Source of the DNA: Armatimonadota bacterium
GTDB taxonomy: Bacteria > Armatimonadota > UBA5829 > DTLH01
DNA: 64,000 nt
Direction: 5' to 3'
Assembly (NCBI GenBank): GCA_038207085.1
Contig: JBBRAE010000013.1
Location: 1-64,000 of the forward strand
The number at the start of each line of letters is the position of its first letter. Within the stretch, counting starts at the first letter, position 1. The position numbers were made by a program, and so were the translations under genes. Positions 17,450 to 28,051 of the stretch are shown here, piece after piece. The notes below the pieces were generated by a model that had not been told where the DNA came from, searched no databases, and was given only the letters and a program-made list of their open reading frames with translations.

Positions 17450-18364
17450 TTGAAAAGCATTCTTGAAAGAGTCGCCGCTGGAGAAGTTCTTATCTCCGAC
17501 GGCGCGATGGGAACATTTCTGCAGGCCAAGGGTCTGCAGCCGGGCGAGTGCCCCGAGTCCTGGTGCGTGCTGCGCCCTGAGGACGTGAAAAGCGTAGCCG
17601 ATGCATACGTCGCGGCTGGCTGCGATATGATCGAAACCGACAGCTTCGGCGGCACCTGCTACAAGCTGCGCGAGTATGGGCTTGAGGACAAGGTTGCCGA
17701 CTACAATCGTGCCGCTGCACAGATTGCGAAGTCTTCTATCGGCGACAAGGGCTACGTGATTGCGTCGATCGGCCCCACGGGTCAGATCGTAGAGGACGAA
17801 GGCGGTATGGTCACCCCTGAAGGCCTTTACAACGCCTTCAAAGAGCAGGCTGTTGCGCTTGAAGAAGGTGGAGCAGACGCACTCTGCCTCGAAACGATGT
17901 CGAGCGTCACCGAGGCCGTACAGGCCATCAAAGCCGCGAAAGAGAACACGAAGCTACCCGTGATCTGCACGTTCACCTTCGAGCCGGGAGCCCGCGGGTT
18001 CCGCACGATGATGGGAACCGACCCAGCGACAGCCGTAACTGCTGCAGTTGAGGCGGGAGCTGATGTCGTCGGAGCAAACTGCGGAAACGGCATCGACAAC
18101 ATGATCCAGATCACCAAGGATATGCGCGCGGCCGTCCCGAACACTCCTATACTCATCCACGCCAACGCCGGAATGCCTGTATTTGAAGACGGCAAGACCC
18201 TGTTCAAAGACACTCCCGAGCAGATGGCAGGAAAGGTCCAGGAGCTAGTCGCCGCCGGTGCGAATATCATCGGTGGATGCTGTGGCACCAACCCCAACCA
18301 CATCGCCGCAATGGCCGAAGCCGCACGTGGCAACGGTGGCTGCGGTTGCTGCTGTAATCACTAA
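17450..18364 (+). CDS. Stand-alone homocysteine S-methyltransferase domain (MetH N-terminal/BHMT family)
   Basis: SDGAMGT, SIGPTG, ETMS, GANCG, IIGGCCGT Zn ligands; no pterin or cobalamin domain; GGAGG SD; C-terminal GCGCCCNH. Confidence 0.9.
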   Translation: MKSILERVAAGEVLISDGAMGTFLQAKGLQPGECPESWCVLRPEDVKSVADAYVAAGCDMIETDSFGGTCYKLREYGLEDKVADYNRAAAQIAKSSIGDKGYVIASIGPTGQIVEDEGGMVTPEGLYNAFKEQAVALEEGGADALCLETMSSVTEAVQAIKAAKENTKLPVICTFTFEPGARGFRTMMGTDPATAVTAAVEAGADVVGANCGNGIDNMIQITKDMRAAVPNTPILIHANAGMPVFEDGKTLFKDTPEQMAGKVQELVAAGANIIGGCCGTNPNHIAAMAEAARGNGGCGCCCNH

Positions 18365-18372
18365 TTACCTTG

Positions 18373-18399
18373 TGGAGGTGGGTAATCAGCCCACCTCCA
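18373..18399. terminator. Hairpin between convergent genes (putative terminator)
   Basis: tggaggtggg-taatcag-cccacctcca 10-bp stem directly after the stop. Confidence 0.6.
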
Positions 18400-18497
18400 G
18401 CTATATTCTTCGCCAGATCAAAGTGTGTGTCTGAAACGGGAAACGCGTCAATACGTAGTGTCCGGTCGCTGTGCAGGACACTATGAGAGATGAGAAG

Positions 18498-19619
18498 TCA
18501 GACGCCCAGAACAAGATTATCCCTGTGGATCACCTCGTCAAAGTCCTTGCCCCCGAGAATCTGCTCGATTTCGGAAGTCTGTTTGCCGGCGATCTGGCGA
18601 ATCTCTGCGGCGCTGTAGTTTGCGAAGCCACGGGCGATTCGCTTGCCGCCTTCGTCGGATACAGCGATAAGGTCGCCGGGCTTGAACGTGCCGGTCACAT
18701 CAGTGATCCCCGCCGGGAGCAGGCTTTTGCCGCCAGTGACGAGCATATTCTTCGCGCCTTCGTTTACTACGACGGTCCCGCGGATTTGGGAAGAGAAGGC
18801 GATCCAGCGCTTTCGACTGGAAAGAAGTTTCAGACTTGGAGCAAACCTTGTACCGACTGAGAGGCCTTTGACGACTTCGGCGATGACGTTTTCTCGCCGC
18901 CCATCGGCTATCACCATCTCGACGCCGGATTTGTTCGCGATTTCAGCGGCGTCTAGCTTGGTGCGCATTCCGCCTGTTCCGGCGTCGCCCTGCGCGTCTC
19001 CGGCGATGGCGCGAATCTCAGGGGTAATCGCACGCACCTCAGGGATCAGTTTGCAGCCCGGGAGCTTTGGGTCACGGTCGCAGAGGCCGGGAACGTCGGA
19101 TAGGAGAATCAGAAGATCGGCACGAAGGCCCGATGCGACGAGCGCGGCGAGCGTGTCGTTGTCACCGAACTTGATCTCCTCGATTGCGACGGTGTCGTTT
19201 TCGTTGATGATCGGCACGCACCCGTATTCGAGCAGCATATTCATGGTGTTGCGGGCGTTCAGGTAGCGGGCGCGGTGCTTGAGGTCGTCGCGGGTTAGGA
19301 GAATCTGGGCCGCCGCGATTCCAGATTCGCTAAAAACCTCGGAATAGGTGTGCATCAAGAGGCCCTGGCCGATGGCTGCCGCTGCTTGCTTCTCAGGGAT
19401 GGTCTTCGGTCGCCCGTCGATGTTCAGGCGCTCGCGACCCGCACGAATCGCCCCTGAACTGACGAGCACGCACTCCATCCCCGACTGCACCTGATGCGAA
19501 ATCTGCTCGACCAGGCTTCTGATATATGCCCGGTCGATCTTGCCGCTGCCGTCGGTCAGCGTGCTCGTGCCGACCTTGATTACGATTCTTTTTGACCCGT
19601 TATTCTGCGTCTTCGTCAT
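18498..19619 (-). CDS. proB: Glutamate 5-kinase with PUA domain
   Basis: IVIKVGTS, VSSGAI, AAAIGQ, INENDT, FGDNDTL, GTGGM.TK, SLLPAG, HRDNL. Confidence 0.96.
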   Translation of the reverse strand: MTKTQNNGSKRIVIKVGTSTLTDGSGKIDRAYIRSLVEQISHQVQSGMECVLVSSGAIRAGRERLNIDGRPKTIPEKQAAAAIGQGLLMHTYSEVFSESGIAAAQILLTRDDLKHRARYLNARNTMNMLLEYGCVPIINENDTVAIEEIKFGDNDTLAALVASGLRADLLILLSDVPGLCDRDPKLPGCKLIPEVRAITPEIRAIAGDAQGDAGTGGMRTKLDAAEIANKSGVEMVIADGRRENVIAEVVKGLSVGTRFAPSLKLLSSRKRWIAFSSQIRGTVVVNEGAKNMLVTGGKSLLPAGITDVTGTFKPGDLIAVSDEGGKRIARGFANYSAAEIRQIAGKQTSEIEQILGGKDFDEVIHRDNLVLGV

Positions 19620-20895
19620 AAAAGTCGAACTCGATATTCCTGATTTTGACCGTATCCCCGTCCTGCGCACCGGCTTCTCGGAGCGCCTTGATGACACCCA
19701 TACGGTCGAGCTGGCGATGCAGCCGCCGGAACGCGAACTCGTTGGCGACGTTTGTGCGAGCGATCACGAGCTCCACTGGCTTGCCTTCAACCACAAATTC
19801 GTTGGGAGCCGTCTTCTTGACCTCCCACGTCTCAGGCTCAGATTCGACTGTGAACGTAATCACATCGTCCTCTTGCGCCTGGTGGCGCGGACCAAGACGT
19901 TCGACGTGCTCGCCGATGTCATAGACAAGCTCTTGAAGGCCGTGTCCCGTAACAGCGGAGATAAGATGAACCGACTCGTAGCCCTTCTCACGAACAGCAC
20001 GAACGAGTTCGGCTTTCATCTCCTCATCCCCGTTGACATCGCTTTTGTTGAGCGCGACTATTTGGGGCAGCTCACCAAGCCTCGGGTTAAACTGCGTAAG
20101 CTCCGAATTGATGATGTCGAAGTCCTGGAGCGCGTCGCGCCCCGTCGTGCCTGAAATGTCGAGTATGTGCACGAGCAGCCTCGTTCGCTCGATGTGCCGC
20201 AGGAACTGATGCCCGAGCCCCGCACCCTGATGAGCGCCTTCGATCAGCCCCGGCATATCGGCGACCACGAACGAGCGGTTATCGTCAACCCGGACGACTC
20301 CGAGGTTCGGGATGAGCGTCGTAAACGGATAATCGGCGATCTTCGGCCTTGCAGCTGAGATACGACTGATCACGGTCGACTTGCCTACGTTCGGAAAACC
20401 TACGAGGCCCACGTCTGCAAGAAGCTTCAGCTCCATGGCGAGAGTGCGCTCTTCGCCAGGGTCGCCGTTCTCGGAAAATCTAGGAGTCTGCATCGTGGAG
20501 GTCGCGAACTGGGCGTTGCCGCGTCCGCCTCTTCCACCATGGACCGACGTAAACACCTGACCGTCTTCCACGAGGTCCGCGAGCACCTGCTCGGTGTCCT
20601 TGTCGCGAATGATGGTCCCAACAGGCACTTTCAGGAACAGGTCACTGGCCTTTTTGCCGCTCATGTTGTTCTGACCACCGTCACCGCCGCGATCGGCGTG
20701 GTAGTGCTTGTGGTAGCGAAGGTCGACGAGCGTGTTCAGGCGCTGATCGGCGGTGATCACGATATCCCCGCCTTTGCCACCGTCACCACCTGCCGGACCG
20801 CCCCTGGGCATGAACTTCTCGCGCCGAAAAGCGACGACACCGTGCCCGCCGTCTCCAGCTTTAACAAATATTTCCGCTTGATCTACAAATTGCAT
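19600..20895 (-). CDS. obgE: GTPase ObgE/CgtA
   Basis: FVD..GDGG.G..FRREK Gly-rich domain, GFPNVGKS, YPFTT, DMPG, NKSD; C-terminal DUF1967-like domain. Confidence 0.97.
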   Translation of the reverse strand: MQFVDQAEIFVKAGDGGHGVVAFRREKFMPRGGPAGGDGGKGGDIVITADQRLNTLVDLRYHKHYHADRGGDGGQNNMSGKKASDLFLKVPVGTIIRDKDTEQVLADLVEDGQVFTSVHGGRGGRGNAQFATSTMQTPRFSENGDPGEERTLAMELKLLADVGLVGFPNVGKSTVISRISAARPKIADYPFTTLIPNLGVVRVDDNRSFVVADMPGLIEGAHQGAGLGHQFLRHIERTRLLVHILDISGTTGRDALQDFDIINSELTQFNPRLGELPQIVALNKSDVNGDEEMKAELVRAVREKGYESVHLISAVTGHGLQELVYDIGEHVERLGPRHQAQEDDVITFTVESEPETWEVKKTAPNEFVVEGKPVELVIARTNVANEFAFRRLHRQLDRMGVIKALREAGAQDGDTVKIRNIEFDFYDEDAE

Positions 20896-20960
20896 AACAG
20901 TAATTTATACCTCAGATCGGAGACTATTGTAACACAAACAGGCAGGGATGAGGAAATTTG

Positions 20961-21032
20961 GGTTCAGAGTGGAGATTTCAGAGTGCAGAGCAGGGAAATG
21001 ACTCCCGTCGCTCTGCACTCTGAACTCTGAAC
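20961..21032. repeat. Inverted heptamer-repeat hairpin (ttcagag / ctctgaa)
   Basis: ttcagagtgcagagc ... gctctgcactctgaactctgaac. Confidence 0.7.
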
Positions 21033-22825
21033 TATAGCGCCCAGGGGTGGGTGATTTTCGGGGTATTGGCGTAGCGTTTCATAGAGACGACTAGCCGCTG
21101 TCCCGCGCCGGGGGCGATCTTCACGGTAAACGTCCTGCCGTTCACGGGAACGCTCTTGCCGCCATCGGGCTTGACTGAGAGTATCTGGTGTTCACCATAA
21201 GCGCCGCCCTGGACGATGACAGTATGCTCTTTGCCGCTGCTGGTGTTTACGAGCACGAGCGTCGCAGAGTCGTCGGCAAGCTTCTCAACAAGTGCAGCGC
21301 AGTCCTCGCTTATGCCGGGACGCTTGCGCTCGGGGTCCAGGTAGAAGAATCTGGTTATGAGAAGCTGACCCTGCCATCGGGGCATGACTCCTCCAGTCAT
21401 CGCGTTCACGAGCGACCCGCAAGCACCGCCGCTGGGCGAACTGGGTAGCTCGGGGTCGACACCTTTCGCAGCGGCTTGCTTTACGAGCTCAAAGCTTGAT
21501 TTGGCCTGCTCTAGCTGCTTAGTGATATACTCGACAGGCCAAGTGGGATTCTTGCCTTGAAGATATGCGAACCACTCGGCTTCGTGTCCAGCTTCAAAGT
21601 CGTCGCTATAGGTGGTCGCGCCGGTAAGCATTGAGCGCTCGTTAATGCGATCAAGATCGGCCTGTTTCATGCTGGCGAGATAGGTGTTGGCAAGTATCGT
21701 GGAGTAGAGCCCGCCGTGCTTGAAGTCGCCCCAAGTGTAGTCGTTGAACCCGGCTGCGTTGATGCCGCCCGGAACGCCCAGCACAGTTCCGTTGTCATCG
21801 ATATACCGATGCTTCCAGAGCGTGTCCCCAAGCATTCGCCAGTTGTCGTAGTAGCTTGTGTCGCCCGTCAAGAGGAGACCGTTGGACCAGCCGGCGTTCG
21901 GGCCGGAGAGCACGACCAGCAGCCCGCCGAAGCGCGCGGTAGGGCGGTCCCAACCGAGGATGCCAGCCCACCAGTCCTCGGGAATAGAGCCGTCCCGGTT
22001 TACGTTGGTAGGCATTATGCCGCCGTTTGCCTTGCAGCGATCGCGCCACGCGTTGACATAGTCGACGGTCATCGTCCGGTAGTGTTCGTCGCCTGTGAGC
22101 AGGAACGCGTTTGTGGTAAGGCAGGTATAGATTAGGCTTGCAGGGCCTTCATATGCGTAGTCGGTGTCAGGGAGCCAGAAGTTGGTGACTTTCGGGTCGA
22201 ACTGCTCCTTCTTCTCAACTGCTCCTCGACCACCCGACAAGATGCTCTTCATCGTTTTGGTCTTGGGGTCATAGTTCTGAACGAGCGTGCCCTGACCATC
22301 GTAGAACGAGGCGAACTTGAGCGCGAGCCGTCGGTACTCGGGGTCGTCGGACATTGCAAGCGCCGACATGAAGAATCCCTCGTAGCCCTGGCCCATGTGG
22401 TTTGCGTCGTGGCAGGTGAGAAACTCGTTGGTGCAGAACCCCTGCTCGGTCATCTGATCGAGTCCCGCACGCCAAACTCTCCACCACTGGTCTTTGATCG
22501 ATGAGTCCCCGCCGAGCGCGTAGATGAGCGGCCACTTATACATCAAGGTGAACACCCCGTGCGGGTGCTGCGCGTTCTTGCCCTGGGTGTCGTATTTGCC
22601 CCTGACATACCCATTGGGAAGCGTGAAAGTCTTGGCGTTAAGCTCTATCACTTTGGCGTTGATATCGAGCAGTTCCCGCTCTTTCAGCGCCCACTCAGGG
22701 GCAGGCATCGGGCTTGAGATCGATACTATGGGTGTCATAGGCCTTTCAACCCCTGCCTGGGAAGCCGCACAGGACATCCCTGATATTACGGCTAATCCAG
22801 TCATTACCAGCTTGGATACACTCAT
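21032..22825 (-). CDS. Secreted hypothetical protein, paralog B
   Basis: Signal-peptide-like N-terminus; shares many blocks with the 22856-24643 protein (YRRLALKFASFYDG, NYDP, GAYGEHQ). Confidence 0.8.
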   Translation of the reverse strand: MSVSKLVMTGLAVISGMSCAASQAGVERPMTPIVSISSPMPAPEWALKERELLDINAKVIELNAKTFTLPNGYVRGKYDTQGKNAQHPHGVFTLMYKWPLIYALGGDSSIKDQWWRVWRAGLDQMTEQGFCTNEFLTCHDANHMGQGYEGFFMSALAMSDDPEYRRLALKFASFYDGQGTLVQNYDPKTKTMKSILSGGRGAVEKKEQFDPKVTNFWLPDTDYAYEGPASLIYTCLTTNAFLLTGDEHYRTMTVDYVNAWRDRCKANGGIMPTNVNRDGSIPEDWWAGILGWDRPTARFGGLLVVLSGPNAGWSNGLLLTGDTSYYDNWRMLGDTLWKHRYIDDNGTVLGVPGGINAAGFNDYTWGDFKHGGLYSTILANTYLASMKQADLDRINERSMLTGATTYSDDFEAGHEAEWFAYLQGKNPTWPVEYITKQLEQAKSSFELVKQAAAKGVDPELPSSPSGGACGSLVNAMTGGVMPRWQGQLLITRFFYLDPERKRPGISEDCAALVEKLADDSATLVLVNTSSGKEHTVIVQGGAYGEHQILSVKPDGGKSVPVNGRTFTVKIAPGAGQRLVVSMKRYANTPKITHPWAL

Positions 22826-22855
22826 TCGAACAGAACCCACCTTTCAGCTCGAAGC

Positions 22856-24643
22856 TCATTTGCCCCAAGGCATCCGAAGCGTAGGAGCGTTTGCATACCT
22901 CTTCATTGAGACGACGAAACGCTTGCCTGATTGCGGCGCAAGCTTTACCGCGAACAAAGTTCCGTTAACCTTGACCGATGAGCCACCTTCAGGCTTTACA
23001 GACAGGCACTGATGCTCAGCGTAGGCCCCGGTCTGCACAAGCACGGTGTGCTCTGTCGTCGGACTAGTGTTGACCAGCATGAGCGTCGCCGAATCATCTG
23101 ACATAGACTCAATCATCGCCGCGCAGTCCGCAGTGATTCCCATTTTCTTCTGTTCGGGGTCGAAGTAACGGAACCTCGCGAGAAGCGGCTGACCGTTCCA
23201 TTTCGGCACTACAGCGCCCATCATCAGGTGGACGAGCGGACCACACCAGCCTACGCCGGTGGCATTGGATCTTTCTGTGTGCTGGCCTGCTGCGATCTCC
23301 TTTACGAGAGTTTCGTTGGTTTTCTTGCAGTTGTCGATGAGCTTATCCAAAGACTTGTCGACCCACTCAGGGTTCTTGCCAGCAAGCCACCTGATCCAGT
23401 CGAACTCGTACCCGATTTCGTAGAACTCCCCGAAGCCGGCTATGCTTACGAGCATAGAGCGCTCCAGACAGCGACTCAGGTCTTCTTTCTTCATTGTGGC
23501 GAGGTAGATGTTGGTCATCACCTGGCTGTAGACGCCTTGACCATCGCCGTACCACGGAGTTCCGTACCAGCCGAGGTCGCTGCTGTAGCGCGCCGGGAAG
23601 TTGGTGACCTCTCCCTTGTCGTTGGTGTAGCGGTTCTTCCACCACTCATCGGCCATATGTCTCCAGTTGTCCCAGTAGGAGGTGTCGCCCGAGAGAAGCG
23701 TGCCGTTTGACCATCCCGCAGTAGGCCCTGCCGTGACGACGAACCCGCCCGTGAACTTGTCAGAGGTCCAGCCAAGGACCCCTCCCCACCAGTCATCGGG
23801 AATAGTGCCGTCGAGCCTGACTTTGGTCGGGACAATGCCTCCGTTAGCCTTTGTCCGGTCGCGCCATGCGTTGATATAGTCGAGAGCGACCTTCTTGTAG
23901 CGTACGTCACCTGTCATCGCGTAGGCATTGGTCAAGAAGCAGGTCGTAGTCATATTGGCCGGCGATTCAAAGGCGTAGTCCTCAACGGCTGTCCAATATT
24001 TGGTGTGTACGGGGTCGAACTTCGAGTTATCGAGCAGTGGGCCGTTGCCTCCGTGCATGGCACTTCGCATGACTTTATGAACGGGGTCATAGTTTGGGAC
24101 CTCGGGGTTTGATCCGTCATAGAACGACGCGAACTTGAGAGCGAGCCTGCGGTATTCGGGGTCATCGAACATCATCAGCGCGCCGTTGAAGAAGTTACCG
24201 TACTGCTCTCCGATATGGTAGCCTTCCATGCTCTTAATGAACTCGTTGACGTAGAACCCTTCCTCAGTGCACTGGGAGACGTTGCCTTTGATGGCTTTCC
24301 ACCAGACTTCGCGAACAGGCTCTCCTGCGCCCAGAATATAGACAATCGGCAGCTTGAAGAACGTTTCGTAGTAATCGTCGGGTGACTGTCCACCGCCGAC
24401 ACCATATTTCATACACCTGTGGCCATTAGGGAGCAGATACGCCTTGTCCCAAAGCTCTACGGCCTTGGTGTTCAAATCGAGGATCTCGCGCTCTTTGACG
24501 GCCCACGACGGCGTAACCATCTCTGTGTCCACATTAATGGTCGGAACGCCCTTCACGGGCTCACAGCGGGCCTCTCCGTGCGACGGGACGACGGCAATGC
24601 CGAGGAGCAAAACTAAAACCAGACTACACACAACTTCGTTCAC
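22856..24643 (-). CDS. Secreted hypothetical protein, paralog A
   Basis: GGAGG SD + GTG, signal peptide, Trp/Tyr/Gly-rich; paralog of the adjacent gene. Confidence 0.82.
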   Translation of the reverse strand: MNEVVCSLVLVLLLGIAVVPSHGEARCEPVKGVPTINVDTEMVTPSWAVKEREILDLNTKAVELWDKAYLLPNGHRCMKYGVGGGQSPDDYYETFFKLPIVYILGAGEPVREVWWKAIKGNVSQCTEEGFYVNEFIKSMEGYHIGEQYGNFFNGALMMFDDPEYRRLALKFASFYDGSNPEVPNYDPVHKVMRSAMHGGNGPLLDNSKFDPVHTKYWTAVEDYAFESPANMTTTCFLTNAYAMTGDVRYKKVALDYINAWRDRTKANGGIVPTKVRLDGTIPDDWWGGVLGWTSDKFTGGFVVTAGPTAGWSNGTLLSGDTSYWDNWRHMADEWWKNRYTNDKGEVTNFPARYSSDLGWYGTPWYGDGQGVYSQVMTNIYLATMKKEDLSRCLERSMLVSIAGFGEFYEIGYEFDWIRWLAGKNPEWVDKSLDKLIDNCKKTNETLVKEIAAGQHTERSNATGVGWCGPLVHLMMGAVVPKWNGQPLLARFRYFDPEQKKMGITADCAAMIESMSDDSATLMLVNTSPTTEHTVLVQTGAYAEHQCLSVKPEGGSSVKVNGTLFAVKLAPQSGKRFVVSMKRYANAPTLRMPWGK

Positions 24644-24675
24644 AAGTTAACCTCCAGAGAAACAATCTCAACGAA

Positions 24676-24705
24676 ACGATAGTCTCCAAAGCGGGTCTTT
24701 GTCAA
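24676..24705 (-). promoter_or_regulatory. Putative sigma70 promoter for the paralog pair
   Basis: TTGACA-N18-TATCGT on the minus strand. Confidence 0.45.
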
Positions 24706-24760
24706 GTGAATAGTTGATGGGGGTGTATGTGAGAATTATCAGTAACGGTCAATCGTCATT

Positions 24761-24873
24761 TGGAGTGCGGCTTGCGAGAGTCGCTTTCACAACTCTTCCG
24801 GCTGGCGATAATATGGCGCTTGCGCACCTTGCTGTCGCCTGAGAACAAAGCGGCGATTGCTCGCCGCACTCCA
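24761..24873. repeat. REP-doublet-like element (tggagtgcggc...gccgcactcca)
   Basis: 11-bp perfect inverted ends plus inner gcttt/aaagc pairing; 3' of nuoN. Confidence 0.65.
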
Positions 24874-24959
24874 CGTAAAGGCCGTTTGTCGCCGACAATC
24901 TTTACATGCACTCATTGTTCAGACTGCGTAAGTGCCATCACGAGTGGATGGCCCTGGAA

Positions 24960-26516
24960 TTACAAAATTACTGAGGCTTTTGCAAGGCTCACCACGGGAC
25001 CAGCGGCAAGGCAGATCGCAAACGTGAGTATTAGCATTAAGATGATGGTTGCCCTGAGGGGCTTGGAAAGACCGATCGGGCTCTTTGCTTCGCCCTCGTT
25101 CATAAACATCAATCGAACTACGTTGAAGTAGTAGTAGACCGATATTACGCTGTTCGCTACGGCGATTATTGCAAGTATCAGAAGGTCCTTTTGTCCAGTC
25201 TGGATGGCTCCGGCGAAGACATACAGCTTGCCGAGGAACCCGGCGGTCGGCGGCATGCCTGCAAGCGACAGGAAGAAGACCACCATAGACGCAGCCAGGA
25301 ATGGAGAACGCTTCATCAGGCCGACATAGGCTGCGAGGTCGCTTGAGCCAGTCTTTCGCTCGACGGCGATCACTACGGCGAATGCTCCAAGGTTCATAAA
25401 CAGGTAGCTTGCCGCATAGATCAGCAGTCCCGCCAGCCCGAAGTTCGCGGGGTTGTTGTGCGAAGCGGCTGCGGCCAAAAGACCGATCAGCATATACCCG
25501 ACCTGCGCGATGCTTGAATAGGCCAGCATTCGCTTGATGTTCTTCTGGGTGATGGCGACCATATTGCCAAGCGTCATACTCACAGCAGACAGCACGAGGA
25601 TGATCGTGTACCAGTCTACGTCAGAACGCATCGGGACAGCCGTAAGAAGGAACCGTGCGGCAACTGCAAGGCCAGCCGCTTTGGATGCGACGGAAAGCCA
25701 CGCCGTGATCGGGGTTGGGGCTCCTTCGTAGGTATCAGGGGCCCACATATGGAACGGCACAAGCGCGAGCTTGTAGCCGATGCCGGCAAGCACCAGAATG
25801 ACAGCTGTAAGAGCAGCCGGAGTCGATAACGCCTGCCCACTAGCCAGAGTCGACGCGATCTGCGCGAGGTTCGTCGTGTTTGTGAGCCCGTAGAGCATGG
25901 ACATGCCGTAGAGCATCAACGCCGAAGAAAGCGCGCCGAAGAGGAAATACTTCATCCCCGCTTCGCTTGATTTCGGGTCGTCCTTCCAGTAAGCAGCGAG
26001 AACGTAGCTTGCGAGGCTCAAGAATTCGATCGAGAGATAGATCATCAATAAATCAGTCGAGCAGGCCAGGAGTATGGCAGCGACTGTGGCGAAGATGAGG
26101 AGCGCGAAGTACTCGCCCCGGTTTCTCTGGTTATGGTCGCCGAAGTACTCAAGCGACATAACCACAACCACGAGCGTGCCGATTATCGCCGCCAGGCTCA
26201 GAAACATCGCAAGCGGGTCAAACTGGATCAGATACGCCGGTAATGGTGAGCCGGGCTGGCCTCCGACTGGGAACAGCCGCAGCGTCTCCGGGCGTAGAAT
26301 CGCCGATCTGAGCGCAGCAAAGCCGAATATGACCATCGGCACCATAACGGCGATCGACAGGTACTCCGGGGGCATCCAGTGGTTCAACTTGCCCTTTGGG
26401 AATCGGTCTGCGATGACGCCGAACATCAGGACGAGCAGACCCGCTACCGTAAGCATGAGCACCGGCGCAACGCAGATCATTGCCGTGGAGTCTTTGATTA
26501 GCTGACTTAAGTCCAT
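24960..26516 (-). CDS. nuoN: NADH-quinone oxidoreductase subunit N
   Basis: SEAGMKYF, GYKLALVPFHMWAPDTYEGAPTP, KRMLAYSSI, SLAGMPP. Confidence 0.95.
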   Translation of the reverse strand: MDLSQLIKDSTAMICVAPVLMLTVAGLLVLMFGVIADRFPKGKLNHWMPPEYLSIAVMVPMVIFGFAALRSAILRPETLRLFPVGGQPGSPLPAYLIQFDPLAMFLSLAAIIGTLVVVVMSLEYFGDHNQRNRGEYFALLIFATVAAILLACSTDLLMIYLSIEFLSLASYVLAAYWKDDPKSSEAGMKYFLFGALSSALMLYGMSMLYGLTNTTNLAQIASTLASGQALSTPAALTAVILVLAGIGYKLALVPFHMWAPDTYEGAPTPITAWLSVASKAAGLAVAARFLLTAVPMRSDVDWYTIILVLSAVSMTLGNMVAITQKNIKRMLAYSSIAQVGYMLIGLLAAAASHNNPANFGLAGLLIYAASYLFMNLGAFAVVIAVERKTGSSDLAAYVGLMKRSPFLAASMVVFFLSLAGMPPTAGFLGKLYVFAGAIQTGQKDLLILAIIAVANSVISVYYYFNVVRLMFMNEGEAKSPIGLSKPLRATIILMLILTFAICLAAGPVVSLAKASVIL

Positions 26517-26529
26517 TTGTCCGCCCAGT

Positions 26530-28047
<1,518 letters not shown>

Positions 28048-28051
28048 ATCC

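Noticed and set aside
24760..25131. 123-aa plus-strand ORF
   Set aside because: Starts in a REP-like element and overlaps nuoN antisense
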